Below are positions 6,512-15,539 of a stretch of DNA of 15,539 nucleotides, one piece after another. Position 1 is the stretch's first letter. Each line of letters begins with the position of its first letter. A model generated the notes under the pieces. That model worked only from the letters and a program-made list of their open reading frames with translations. It was not told the origin of the DNA and did not search any database. The translations under genes and the position numbers were made by a program. Source of the DNA: Raphidiopsis brookii D9 (GTDB lineage: Bacteria; Cyanobacteriota; Cyanobacteriia; Cyanobacteriales; Nostocaceae); assembly GCA_000175855.1 (NCBI GenBank), contig ACYB01000033.1, positions 1-15,539 of the forward strand, in the 5' to 3' direction.

Positions 6512-6913
6512 TTAGGGAAAATTCCCCTTCTCACCAGCTGAGTTATCTAAACTGTTATCTGGGTTAGGTTCAAATACGCTTAGTTGGGTTATCCGCTCAA
6601 GATGTTGACGACGCTGCTCCATGTTGGCTTTCTGTATGTTAGTCCGTACCATCTCTGGCAAAAATTCTGTGATTTCCGCCGCAATGTACTCCCGCACTGT
6701 CATAATCCGCAAGGCTAAATCCGACTTCTCTCTAAACAGCTCTTCGATGTATCTCTCTCCATCTTGAACTTTCCCCGCAGAAAAGTTATGTAGCCAAACC
6801 GCCAAGGGTGGATTAGTTTCGTTTAACTGCACTAACACTATCCTCAACGCCTGATATGTCAGGTAGCTCTGGAGAGTTTTGGCAGTCTCTTTGGCAATTT
6901 CCCGCAAATTCAT
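6512..6913 (-). CDS. rbcX: RuBisCO assembly chaperone RbcX
   Basis: I trimmed the ORF-track ORF 6512..6949 to the ATG at 6913. MNLREIAKETAKTLQSYLTYQALRIVLVQLNETNPPLAVWLHNFSAGKVQDGERYIEELF matches the conserved RbcX N-terminal half. It lies between rbcL and rbcS, as in Nostocales. Confidence 0.93.
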   Translation of the reverse strand: MNLREIAKETAKTLQSYLTYQALRIVLVQLNETNPPLAVWLHNFSAGKVQDGERYIEELFREKSDLALRIMTVREYIAAEITEFLPEMVRTNIQKANMEQRRQHLERITQLSVFEPNPDNSLDNSAGEKGNFP

Positions 6914-6998
6914 ATTTGAACCGTCCCCTCGATAAAAGGAATAATGCAATTTTTAGGATGAGGTTATGATTGCTTCATCCTTGCACTTTTGCACTGGA

Positions 6999-8429
6999 TC
7001 AGACGGTATCAACGGTCTCAAATTCAAATTTGATTTCTTTCCACAGTTCGCAAGCAGTAGCCAATTCAGGTGACCACTTAGCAGCTTCCCGGATGATGTC
7101 GTTACCTTCACGAGCTAAGTTACGACCTTCGTTACGCGCTTGAACACACGCTTCCAAGGCTACACGGTTAGCTGTGGCTCCAGGCGCATTACCCCAGGGG
7201 TGACCTAAAGTACCACCACCAAATTGTAGTACGGAATCATCTCCGAAGATCTCTACTAGAGCTGGCATGTGCCATACGTGAATACCACCGGAAGCTACCG
7301 CCATTACCCCAGGCATGGAAGCCCAGTCTTGGGTAAAGTAAATACCACGAGATTTGTCTTGCTCTACGTAATTCTCACGTAATAAATCTACGAAACCCAT
7401 GGTGATCGCGCGATCGCCTTCTAATTTACCTACTACGGTACCGGTGTGAATATGGTCTCCACCAGACATACGCAGGGCTTTAGCTAGTACCCGGAAGTGA
7501 ATCCCATGGTTCTTTTGACGGTCAATTACGGCGTGCATAGCGCGGTGAATGTGTAATAACAATCCATTATCACGACACCAGCGAGCTAGGGTTGTGTTAG
7601 CTGTGAATCCTGCAGTCAAGTAATCGTGCATGATGATAGGCATCTCTAGTTCTTTGGCGAACTCGGCACGCTTAAGCATTTCTTCACAGGTGGGAGCTGT
7701 AACGTTCAGGTAGTGACCTTTGATTTCACCTGTTTCCGCTTGAGACTTCTTAATAGCTTCCGCTACAAATAAGAAGCGATCGCGCCATCTTTGGAAAGGA
7801 GCGGAGTTGATATTTTCATCATCTTTGGTGAAATCTAGACCACCGCGCAAGCACTCATATACTGCACGTCCGTAGTTTTTAGCGGAGAGACCCAATTTGG
7901 GTTTAATGGTACAACCCAATAAAGGACGACCATATTTATTCAACTTGTCGCGCTCAACCTGAATACCGTGGGGAGGTCCTTGGAACGTCTTGAGGTAAGC
8001 TACGGGAATACGTAAATCTTCTAAACGCAGGGCGCGTAGGGCTTTAAATCCAAACACGTTACCTACAATAGAGGTAAACATGTTGGTTACGGAACCTTCT
8101 TCAAATAGATCCAGGGGGTAAGCTACATAAGCGATATATTGATTATCTTCACCTGCTACTGGTTCGATGTCATAACAACGTCCTTTGTAACGATCTAAGT
8201 CAGTCAATAGATCTGTCCAAACTGTTGTCCAAGTACCTGTAGAAGATTCAGCTGCTACTGCTGCACCTGCTTCTTCGGGAGGAACTCCAGGTTGGGGTGT
8301 CATCCGGAATGCGGCCAAAAGGTCTGTATCCTTTGGTGTGTAATCGGGCGTGTAATATGTTAGTCTGTAATCTTTAACCCCAGCTTGATACCCAGATTTG
8401 CTCTGAGTCTTCGTTTGCGCGTAAGACAT
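6999..8429 (-). CDS. rbcL: RuBisCO large subunit, form IB
   Basis: I trimmed the ORF-track ORF 6999..8465 to the ATG at 8429. This gives [34 protein letters not shown] (476 aa). Active-site regions [17 protein letters not shown] and [14 protein letters not shown] are present. Confidence 0.98.
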   Translation of the reverse strand: MSYAQTKTQSKSGYQAGVKDYRLTYYTPDYTPKDTDLLAAFRMTPQPGVPPEEAGAAVAAESSTGTWTTVWTDLLTDLDRYKGRCYDIEPVAGEDNQYIAYVAYPLDLFEEGSVTNMFTSIVGNVFGFKALRALRLEDLRIPVAYLKTFQGPPHGIQVERDKLNKYGRPLLGCTIKPKLGLSAKNYGRAVYECLRGGLDFTKDDENINSAPFQRWRDRFLFVAEAIKKSQAETGEIKGHYLNVTAPTCEEMLKRAEFAKELEMPIIMHDYLTAGFTANTTLARWCRDNGLLLHIHRAMHAVIDRQKNHGIHFRVLAKALRMSGGDHIHTGTVVGKLEGDRAITMGFVDLLRENYVEQDKSRGIYFTQDWASMPGVMAVASGGIHVWHMPALVEIFGDDSVLQFGGGTLGHPWGNAPGATANRVALEACVQARNEGRNLAREGNDIIREAAKWSPELATACELWKEIKFEFETVDTV

Positions 8430-8520
8430 ATTTTCCTTCCAAGAAGTCACTCTTTCTAATATCAAATCACGTTATGTGCCACTTCCTATCACTCTCTCCT
8501 TTGATCCTTTTCTCATCAAC

Positions 8521-8541
8521 TATATAAGAAAAACTTATATA
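8521..8541. promoter_or_regulatory. Perfect 8-bp inverted repeat with a T-N11-A core upstream of rbcL. It is either a candidate LysR-type (RbcR/CmpR-like) operator or a hairpin in the rbcL 5' leader
   Basis: TATATAAG-AAAAA-CTTATATA lies 92-112 nt upstream of the rbcL ATG. The inner TAAGAAAAACTTA fits T-N11-A. Confidence 0.3.
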
Positions 8542-8972
8542 ACAGTCAGTTTTTATGGCCACAAGGCACTGTTTGGGGACTTTACTACGGTTAGTCTCCC
8601 ACTACTCCCCTAAACTCGTAGAATGTGGAAATTTTAGCTGCTACTGGTTGGATCAAGAGAACCGGGGGACAAAAATTGCACAGGACGGAATTTTGGACAA
8701 TCTTCAACTAGGGGAATCTGATGAATTTTCCTCAAGTTGCACTAGGATACCACGGAACCTGACCAATAACCTAACCATTGTGGAATATTAGAGTATAATA
8801 CCCTCCTAGTTGGGGTTTGGTTAACCAGCACTTTTGGTAACCTGTTCCACAATATATCAAGAATTGGATCACTTATTCTTTCAATCTTTGGAACTGATAG
8901 ATTTAAATTTCTTATAAGAAGAAATTTTTAACTTTTCTTTCTTTTTTACCATTTACCTACTTTGAAACAATT

Positions 8973-9740
8973 ATGCCAATTAACACCCAGCATTTAAAAC
9001 AGTGGAAACAACAAGGAAGACCTATTGTTGCTTTGACCGCTTGGGACTATGCGATCGCACAACTGTTAGATGGTGCTGGGGTGGATTTAATTCTGGTGGG
9101 GGATTCTCTGTCGGTGATTCTGGGTTATGAAACCACCTTGCCTGTGACCTTAGAAGAGATTATCCATCATGCCAAAGCGGTGAAGCGCGGAATTAAACGA
9201 GCTTTATTAGTAGTAGACCTACCCTTTTTAACCTATCAAGAAAGTATAGGTCAAGCCATGCAGTCAGCGGGGAGGGTATTGAAGGAAACAGGAGCCCAGG
9301 GAGTAAAATTAGAAGGGGGTTATCCCGCCATGATTGATATCATATCCAGATTAGTACAAGCAGGTATACCCGTGCTAGGTCATTTGGGTTTAACCCCCCA
9401 ATCTATCCATCAATTGGGTCTCAAGCAACAAGGCAAAACCCCCCAGACCGCCGACCTGATTTTTCACCAGGCGATCGCCCTGGAACAGGCGGGTGTATTT
9501 GCCCTAGTTTTAGAGCATATCCCCAGTCACTTAGCAGTTAAAATTACAAAAGAATTAAGTATTCCTACTATTGGAATTGGAGCAGGACAAGAGTGTGATG
9601 GTCAGATATTAGTCACTTCGGATGTTTTAGGGCTTTCTGAAAAACAACCACCATTTGCCAAAGTTTATACAGATTTACGGCAAGAAATTACTAAGGCTGT
9701 AGAAAAATATGCCCTAGAGGTTCGTAATCACCATTTTTAG
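8973..9740 (+). CDS. panB: 3-methyl-2-oxobutanoate hydroxymethyltransferase (ketopantoate hydroxymethyltransferase)
   Basis: 255 aa. [51 protein letters not shown] and LEGG...[14 protein letters not shown] are typical PanB motifs. Confidence 0.93.
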   Translation: MPINTQHLKQWKQQGRPIVALTAWDYAIAQLLDGAGVDLILVGDSLSVILGYETTLPVTLEEIIHHAKAVKRGIKRALLVVDLPFLTYQESIGQAMQSAGRVLKETGAQGVKLEGGYPAMIDIISRLVQAGIPVLGHLGLTPQSIHQLGLKQQGKTPQTADLIFHQAIALEQAGVFALVLEHIPSHLAVKITKELSIPTIGIGAGQECDGQILVTSDVLGLSEKQPPFAKVYTDLRQEITKAVEKYALEVRNHHF

Positions 9741-9854
9741 TTGTTCTATTACATCGGTGAAAACCGTAAACTTTATTTTAATTTAACAAACATCCTCTCA
9801 AATTTAGTGATAGATTGCTGGGGTGTGCAAAATTGAACAAAAAACATTTTAACG

Positions 9855-12305
9855 ATGAAAAATCCAGTGCAAACCCAAAATAATAACTTGCATATTTTAG
9901 TAATTGGTGCAGGGGTAAGTGGCTTAACAACATCCATTTGTCTAAGAGAAGCGGGTTTTAATGTTACTATTATCGCTGATCGCTTTACTCCTGATTTAAC
10001 CTCTGTTGTAGCAGGTGCATTGTGGGAATGGCCACCAGCAGTTTGTGGTCGTCATGGGACTCCCAGATCCCTAGAACGTTCTAAGGATTGGTGCATGACT
10101 GCTTATGATAAATTTAAAGAAATACACGCAAAGTTTGGTTCAGAAAAAACTGGAGTTTATTTAAGAGATGTGTATTTTTATTTCAAAGATATTTTGGAAA
10201 ATCGACCTAATGATTTTCGGAAAATGAATGAGTTAAAGGACAAGGTAGATGGATTTGAAAGAGGTTTACACATAGTTCAAGAAAACATTGACTTGAACTT
10301 CCAAGGAGGCATAAAAGATGCTTTTAAACACATGGCTCCAATGGCAAATACTGATGTATACATGAAGTGGTTGTTTGAATATGTCCAGAATATTGGATGT
10401 GAAATTATCCAAGAAAAAATCACGGTTAATATAGTTGAAAATGAACAGGAAGTGCTTCACCGTTTCAATGCCAATGCAATTGTTAACTGTGCTGGACTAG
10501 GTTCAATAGTAACTACGGGTGATACTTCCATGTATCCCCTGAGAGGCGCACTAGTCAGAGTAAAAAATGTAGGTGGAGTTATCAAAGACGCTCATTGTAT
10601 TTCTCATGAGGAAACATCGTCTTCTGAACAAGACATTATTTTTATTGTTCCTAGAGGTGATGATTTAGTGGTATTGGGAGGATTAGCACAGCAAGATCAA
10701 TGGGATACAAATCTATCTCTAGAAATTCCCATTATTAAACAAATGTATGATGGTTGTTTACAGTTTCTACCAGAATTAAGACCACTTCCCATAGATAAAA
10801 ATGAACCAGTCAGGACTGGTTTAAGACCATTCACTGAGGAAAATGTTTGTGTAGAAAGAGTTCCCAACACACGAATATTTTATAATTATGGACACGGTGG
10901 AGCTGGCGTAACTCTTTCCTGGGGATGCTCACAAGAAATTGTGGATTTAATACAACAAATGATCCATGAACAAAGCGTGGAATTAAGTACTTTAAGTAAA
11001 AAGATAGATGGTAACAAACAAACCATATTTGTCTTGCATGATATGCTGCCCAGTAAAACTGATTTTAAACTGCTTCGCTCAGATAATAGAAATCTAGTTT
11101 TACTTTGTAGTAGAAGAGGACTGAGTAAAATCGTACCCTCTCAATATCAACATTTAGATTTAATACAGATTGTCGAACCTTATAATTTACAAAATCTGAT
11201 CCAAAGCTATCAAAAGATTCAGATAGATAACGGAATTGTTAATAATTGCTGCATTGTCACTAATGACGAATATTCCGTACTATTAGCAGCACAGCTGCGT
11301 GAAACTCTAAATCTACCCGGCGATCGCCCCACAATGATCCGCCAGTTTACTGATAAAAATTACCTAAAATCTGCCCTGAAAAACTCCTTAATTCGAGTAC
11401 CAAAACATCTAATTTTTGACCCCAATCAATACCGTGAACAGGGGATTTCCTACTTACAATTCGTTGTGCAAGAATTGGGAAATAATATTTTTGTGAAGCC
11501 AGTTATTGGTGCAGGTAGTGAAAAAACTAGGAGAATTCACGCTCTTGATCAATTAGCAAACTGGTGTGATAGCAACCTAGATACTGATGAAGAATTTGAA
11601 TTTAATGAATTTATCAGAGGTCAACTATATAATACAAGTGTGGTCATGAAAAATGGTGAACCTTGTTATTTTGCAGCTTGTAAACACTATCGACCTAATG
11701 ATGATTTCATTTATGGTCATCCAATTGGCAATATTGTTGTCAGAGAAGAAGATCCAGAATTTGAAAAACTGCAACAATTTTCCAGTGATACATTGCAAAG
11801 TTTAAAATATGGTTATCCCCAAAATGGTATCCTCAACATTGATTTTTTCCTAGAAGCAGGTAGCAAAGAACCAGTTCTTATGGAAGTCGCTGCAAGGACT
11901 CCTGGTGGACTTGTCTCAAAAATGTTTTATACATATCAAGGAGTACGTCTCAATGAATTACATCTGCAATTACAAATGGGAGACTCTCCTGAAATCATTC
12001 TCAAAGACACAAATGAATGGAAGTACAGCGCTTACTCAATTCATCCCAAGCAAGATGGTACAGTTACAGCAATTAGAAAACCAATTCTAGAAAGTGATGT
12101 GGAAGTTTATTGGCAGATTTATCTAGGAGAAAAACTACAAGCATCACAAAGCATGAGAGATGTAGCTATGGCCATGCTTTTGAGTAGTCATGACTTTTCT
12201 ACTTTGGAAAGGGATTATCAAATAGCTAATTCCATGAGTTTATATCAGACAAACAAAAATAGTGTAGAAGGATTTAAACCTGTCCTTGTTTCTATGGGAT
12301 CATAA
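9855..12305 (+). CDS. Two-domain fusion protein: N-terminal D-amino-acid-oxidase-family FAD oxidase fused to a complete C-terminal ATP-grasp ligase
   Basis: 816 aa. The DAAO part (about aa 1-375, nt 9855-10980) has HILVIGAGVSGLTTSICL (FAD dinucleotide fold), ADRFTPDLTSVVAGALWEW, VNCAGLGS, PLRGALVRV, IVPRG..VVLGG, GLRPF and YNYGHGGAGVTLSWGC, collinear with eukaryote-type DAAO. The ATP-grasp part (about aa 385-816, nt 11010-12302) has a pre-ATP-grasp region (NDEYSVLLAAQLRETLNLPG), FVKPVIGAGSEKT, and LNIDFFLE...PVLMEVAARTPGG. The last is the metal/ATP-binding E-x-x-x-R-x-x-G motif seen in PurK/PurT-like and L-amino-acid-ligase families. Confidence 0.8.
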   Translation: MKNPVQTQNNNLHILVIGAGVSGLTTSICLREAGFNVTIIADRFTPDLTSVVAGALWEWPPAVCGRHGTPRSLERSKDWCMTAYDKFKEIHAKFGSEKTGVYLRDVYFYFKDILENRPNDFRKMNELKDKVDGFERGLHIVQENIDLNFQGGIKDAFKHMAPMANTDVYMKWLFEYVQNIGCEIIQEKITVNIVENEQEVLHRFNANAIVNCAGLGSIVTTGDTSMYPLRGALVRVKNVGGVIKDAHCISHEETSSSEQDIIFIVPRGDDLVVLGGLAQQDQWDTNLSLEIPIIKQMYDGCLQFLPELRPLPIDKNEPVRTGLRPFTEENVCVERVPNTRIFYNYGHGGAGVTLSWGCSQEIVDLIQQMIHEQSVELSTLSKKIDGNKQTIFVLHDMLPSKTDFKLLRSDNRNLVLLCSRRGLSKIVPSQYQHLDLIQIVEPYNLQNLIQSYQKIQIDNGIVNNCCIVTNDEYSVLLAAQLRETLNLPGDRPTMIRQFTDKNYLKSALKNSLIRVPKHLIFDPNQYREQGISYLQFVVQELGNNIFVKPVIGAGSEKTRRIHALDQLANWCDSNLDTDEEFEFNEFIRGQLYNTSVVMKNGEPCYFAACKHYRPNDDFIYGHPIGNIVVREEDPEFEKLQQFSSDTLQSLKYGYPQNGILNIDFFLEAGSKEPVLMEVAARTPGGLVSKMFYTYQGVRLNELHLQLQMGDSPEIILKDTNEWKYSAYSIHPKQDGTVTAIRKPILESDVEVYWQIYLGEKLQASQSMRDVAMAMLLSSHDFSTLERDYQIANSMSLYQTNKNSVEGFKPVLVSMGS

Positions 12306-12380
12306 TTAAATACACTATACTTAATTTATAAATCACGCAACCACACAGGTAAAACTCTGATGATACGGGGGTTATTTCAT

Positions 12381-12408
12381 AAAGTCCACTCAAGTGGACT
12401 TTATTTAT
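12381..12408 (+). terminator. Rho-independent terminator after the DAAO/ATP-grasp gene
   Basis: AAAGTCCAC-TCAA-GTGGACTTT forms a 9-bp stem with arms at 12381-12389 and 12394-12402, followed by ATTTAT. A TATAAT hexamer at 12419-12424 follows and could serve the downstream transporter gene. Confidence 0.6.
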
Positions 12409-12455
12409 GTAGTTGAGGTATAATCCTTACATTAAAAAAGTATTTGGCAAAATTT

Positions 12456-13400
12456 ATGTTCCAACAATCTGATACAGCACTGAAACCCAGCCAAAATGAT
12501 TCATCATTATTGGCTTTTTCATCATTATTATTAGGAGTTTTTATTTTATCTTTTGCAGCAATTTTTACTCGAATAGCGGAGAATGAACTGAGTCCTTCAG
12601 CAACAGTTTTTAATCGCTATTACATAGCTACAGTTGTTTTAGTTCCTTGGCAGATAATTCAATTGAGAATCAATAATTCATCTGAACCAAATCAAGTCAT
12701 TAAGTTACAAGACTGGGCAATTTTTGTTTTATCATCAATCTTAGGAACATCTGCTATTTTTCTTTGGGCTTCGTCATTAACTCAAACCAGCGTTGCCAAT
12801 TCTAATCTCCTCCATAATGTCACTCCTATCTTCGCCGTGTTGGGCGGTTGGTTGTTCTTGGGTCAAAGTTTTGACTATAAGTTTTTATTAGGAATGTTGT
12901 TAGCAATTATTGGCATATTTATCATCAGTTTTGGAGATTTTCATTCAGCGGTTAACTCCCTCTATGGTGATTCTTTAGCTCTCCTATCGGCTGTTTTCTA
13001 TGCTTTAAATTATCTAGTGAGAGAAAAATTACGCTCCAAATTTTCAGCATCTACTATATTATTGTGGACTTCCCTACTAAGTGGATGTTTTACCTTCCTC
13101 ATTACATTAACTACTGAAACACAATTGTTTCCAAATTCTTGGCAAACTTGGCTAGCGGTAATTTGTTTAGCAGTTCTGTGTCAAATTATCGGACAAGGAT
13201 TACTAATTCATAATCTTAAACAATTTTCTTCAGCCTTTGTCACTCTCTTAATGCTTACTGAACCTTTACTAACAGCTTTGTTTGCTTTTATAATTTTTGC
13301 AGAGAAATTGAGTCCTCTCAATTGGGTTGCCTTTATAGTAGTTTTGATAGGTATATATATAGCAAAAATGAGTATTAGCTCAGCCAAGGTAGTAGAATAG
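12456..13400 (+). CDS. DMT-superfamily (EamA-type) transporter, about 10 TM segments
   Basis: ORF 12444..13400 starts with TTG, and I prefer the in-frame ATG at 12456. It is hydrophobic throughout with two EamA-like halves (..LLGVFILSFAAIFTRIA.. and ..ALLSAVFYALNYLVREKL..), ending with VLIGIYIAK. Confidence 0.8.
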   Translation: MFQQSDTALKPSQNDSSLLAFSSLLLGVFILSFAAIFTRIAENELSPSATVFNRYYIATVVLVPWQIIQLRINNSSEPNQVIKLQDWAIFVLSSILGTSAIFLWASSLTQTSVANSNLLHNVTPIFAVLGGWLFLGQSFDYKFLLGMLLAIIGIFIISFGDFHSAVNSLYGDSLALLSAVFYALNYLVREKLRSKFSASTILLWTSLLSGCFTFLITLTTETQLFPNSWQTWLAVICLAVLCQIIGQGLLIHNLKQFSSAFVTLLMLTEPLLTALFAFIIFAEKLSPLNWVAFIVVLIGIYIAKMSISSAKVVE

Positions 13401-13669
13401 ACAAATCGTGATACCTATGAGCTTGATTAAAGTATCTGAAAATCTACAGAAATATAATACAGTAGATTAAGTGAAAAATCCAGAAGTCTTAATCCCTAGA
13501 AATGGCATATCCCTATAATAATTAAAGAAGTGCAAGAAAATAAAACATCAAGTACAACAAAAACCCTACTATCCTGACAAACTGAAATCAGGTAGATGTG
13601 GTGAATTGGATCTGATTAGCATATTGGTGGTTCAATACAAACTGTTGATAATGGGAGAACACAACATCC

Positions 13670-14854
13670 ATGAGTAGAATAGAAACCCGCACCGAACCAA
13701 TGGTGCTAAATATGGGTCCTCATCACCCCTCAATGCACGGGGTGTTGAGATTAATAGTCACCCTAGATGGAGAAGATGTGGTTGACTGTGAACCAGTCAT
13801 TGGTTACCTACACCGAGGAATGGAAAAAATCGCTGAGAACCGCTCAACTATCATGTATGTTCCCTACGTTAGTCGTTGGGACTATGCTGCGGGGATGTTC
13901 AATGAAGCGGTAACAGTCAATGCACCGGAAAAACTAGCAGGTATCACAGTACCTAAACGTGCTAGTTATATTCGTGTCATTATGCTAGAGTTAAATCGTA
14001 TTGCTAACCATCTATTATGGTTTGGTCCTTTTCTTGCGGATGTGGGTGCCCAAACTCCCTTCTTTTATCAATTCCGGGAAAGGGAAATGATTTATGATTT
14101 GTGGGAAGCAGCTACTGGTTATCGGATGGTAAATAATAACTATTTCCGGGTTGGTGGGGTAGCAGTGGATTTACCTTATGGTTGGGTAGATAAATGTGAA
14201 GAATTTTGCGACTACTTTTTGCCCAAAGTGGATGAATATGAACGGTTAGTCACTAATAATCCTATTTTCCGTCGTCGGATTGAGGGTATTGGTACTATTA
14301 CCCGGGAAGAAGCGATTAACTGGAGTCTTTCTGGTCCAATGTTGCGAGGTTCAGGAGTGAAGTGGGACTTACGCAAAGTTGACCATTATGAGTGTTATGA
14401 TGATTTCGATTGGGATGTGCAGTGGGAAACAGCAGGTGACTGTCTTGCTCGATATATGGTAAGAATGCGAGAAATGAGGGAATCTGTGAAAATCATTAAA
14501 CAAGCTCTCAAAGGTTTACCAGGTGGTCCCTATGAAAACCTAGAAGCAAAACGGATGATGGCCGGGCCAAAGTCGGAATGGGATGGTTTTGATTATCAAT
14601 ATGTAGCTAAAAAAGTTGCTCCCACCTTTAAAATTCCCAGCGGTGAAATTTATTCTCGTGTGGAAAGTGGTAAGGGTGAGTTGGGTATTTATTTAGTGGG
14701 TGATAATAATGTCTTCCCCTGGCGTTGGAAAATTCGTCCTGCTGACTTCAATAATCTGCAAATTCTGCCCGGTTTATTACGGGGTGTTAAGGTAGCAGAT
14801 ATTGTGGTGATTCTCGGTAGTATTGACGTGATTATGGGTTCTGTTGATAGATAG
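13670..14854 (+). CDS. ndhH: NAD(P)H-quinone oxidoreductase (NDH-1) subunit H
   Basis: 394 aa. [58 protein letters not shown] is the canonical cyanobacterial NdhH (NuoD homologue). Confidence 0.97.
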   Translation: MSRIETRTEPMVLNMGPHHPSMHGVLRLIVTLDGEDVVDCEPVIGYLHRGMEKIAENRSTIMYVPYVSRWDYAAGMFNEAVTVNAPEKLAGITVPKRASYIRVIMLELNRIANHLLWFGPFLADVGAQTPFFYQFREREMIYDLWEAATGYRMVNNNYFRVGGVAVDLPYGWVDKCEEFCDYFLPKVDEYERLVTNNPIFRRRIEGIGTITREEAINWSLSGPMLRGSGVKWDLRKVDHYECYDDFDWDVQWETAGDCLARYMVRMREMRESVKIIKQALKGLPGGPYENLEAKRMMAGPKSEWDGFDYQYVAKKVAPTFKIPSGEIYSRVESGKGELGIYLVGDNNVFPWRWKIRPADFNNLQILPGLLRGVKVADIVVILGSIDVIMGSVDR

Positions 14855-14924
14855 CTTTGAAAAAAATCAAACAATGTGCTGCTATCAGGTGATAAATCAT
14901 TGTGAGAGTGCTTGATCCCCCCAA

Positions 14925-14957
14925 CCCCCTTAAAAAGGGGGCTAGCTATTTTTATTT
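14925..14957 (+). terminator. Stem-loop plus T-rich tail downstream of ndhH (possible terminator; also resembles small dispersed C5/G5 hairpin repeats)
   Basis: CCCCCTT (14925-14931), AAA loop, AAGGGGG (14935-14941), followed by CTAGCTATTTTTATTT. It lies 70 nt after the ndhH stop. Confidence 0.45.
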
Positions 14958-15110
14958 GGTTTATAAAGAGTTAGAACTGCTTATGTTGTAATGGATAGAG
15001 TAAATGCTAGGGAGAAAGAAAAAACCATGGTACAGAACCTATTAAATTTAACAATTCTTGTCTCTCTTAACCTTTTGTTACATAGTTATAAATTTCTCAG
15101 CCGACTTACT

Positions 15111-15539
15111 GAATAAGAAAAAATTATGGTTATAGAAGGTTGAGATAAGTTTTTTTGTGGTCGAAGTGGTAGAAATGTGGTATTATGAGGGTTGAGTATA
15201 ATGGAGTGTGAGCATTTGTAAAAAAAGTGGACAGATTTCCATTATCAGGGTATCACATCCGACGGTCAATAGTCAACCCCCCTCCAAAAAAATTCCGTGG
15301 CGCTGTAATAGGAGATAGTAAGAAGAGCGATCGCTCTTTCCCGAAGGGGAGAAAATATTAGTAATGTTAGAAATACAATTGCCTTAATCCCTCAATCCAC
15401 ATATATGAAGATGAGTAATAAGAAAAAATTATGGTTATAGAAGGTTGAGATAAGTTTTTTTGTGGTCGAAGTGGTAGAAATGTGGTATTATGAGGGTTGA
15501 TTATAATGGAGTTTGAGCATTTGTAAAAAAAAGTGGAAA
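15111..15539. repeat. Second array of the same repeat family (long-unit type) in inverted orientation, truncated by the right window edge
   Basis: 15111-15334 is the reverse complement of the first ~225 bp of a long unit, with HIP1 at 15327-15334 and the core at about 15272-15309. 15335-15539 is the reverse complement of the tail and middle of a further long unit. It aligns by eye to U2-U9 with scattered substitutions. Confidence 0.9.
15241..15269 (-). promoter_or_regulatory. Sigma70-type promoter consensus in the inverted long unit
   Basis: On the minus strand, TTGACC (15269-15264), 17-nt spacer, GATAAT (15246-15241). Confidence 0.4.

Noticed and set aside
8555-8791. 78-aa plus-strand ORF between rbcL and panB
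   Set aside because: It lies in the rbcL upstream/leader region, has no recognisable domain, has Cys/Ser-rich arbitrary composition, and has no ribosome-binding context. It is most likely non-coding regulatory DNA.
8837-8850. NtcA-like site GTAACCTGTTCCAC (GTA-N8-CAC) upstream of rbcL
   Set aside because: One of the two invariant triplets is mismatched (CAC instead of TAC). I cannot place it relative to a mapped TSS, so it is too weak to call.
14991-15116. 41-codon ORF (MDRVNAREKEKTMVQNLLNLTILVSLNLLLHSYKFLSRLTE) between ndhH and the right-hand array, with GGAG upstream of the internal ATG
   Set aside because: Its hydrophobic stretch is too short for a TM helix. It resembles no small photosynthetic or NDH subunit that I know. 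Its stop codon falls at the repeat boundary, suggesting a chance ORF. It could be revisited with ribosome profiling.
15150-15200. tRNA-like D-arm string (GTGGTCGAAGTGGTAGAAATGTGG) within the repeat unit
   Set aside because: There is no acceptor stem, anticodon arm or GGTTCGAATCC-type T-arm around it, so it cannot fold into a cloverleaf.

Overview
Chromosomal window from an A+T-rich, HIP1-rich (GCGATCGC) cyanobacterium. It looks Nostocales-like from the RbcL, RbcX and NdhH sequences, which is my inference. Core genes are rpmI-rplT (+), rbcL-rbcX-rbcS (-), panB (+) and ndhH (+). Other genes are a DUF29 gene overlapping an orphan periplasmic substrate-binding protein by ATGA, a membrane-anchored TPR protein and an EamA/DMT transporter. 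Accessory content sits at the left edge. There is the 5' part of an IS607-family serine-recombinase tnpA, which is missing from the ORF track because it runs off the window. Next comes a 2.07-kb composite tandem-repeat array, then an overlapping nucleotidyltransferase/HEPN-like toxin-antitoxin pair. The array (494-2558) is the most unusual object. It holds 12 copies of a ~35-nt core in two unit sizes (296-298 bp and 87-88 bp), each unit phased on a HIP1 octamer. Every long unit carries an invariant TTGACY-N17-GATAAT promoter consensus. The same repeat family reappears inverted at 15111-15539, so the two arrays bracket about 12.5 kb of core genes. The array does not look protein-coding and is not a CRISPR. 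I cannot assign it to a described element from sequence alone; a tandem array of promoter-bearing small-RNA units is the leading hypothesis. The second item of interest is an 816-aa fusion of a D-amino-acid-oxidase-family flavoenzyme to a complete ATP-grasp ligase. It is followed by the EamA exporter, in a visibly more A+T-rich patch between panB and ndhH. No tRNA, rRNA or CRISPR array was seen.
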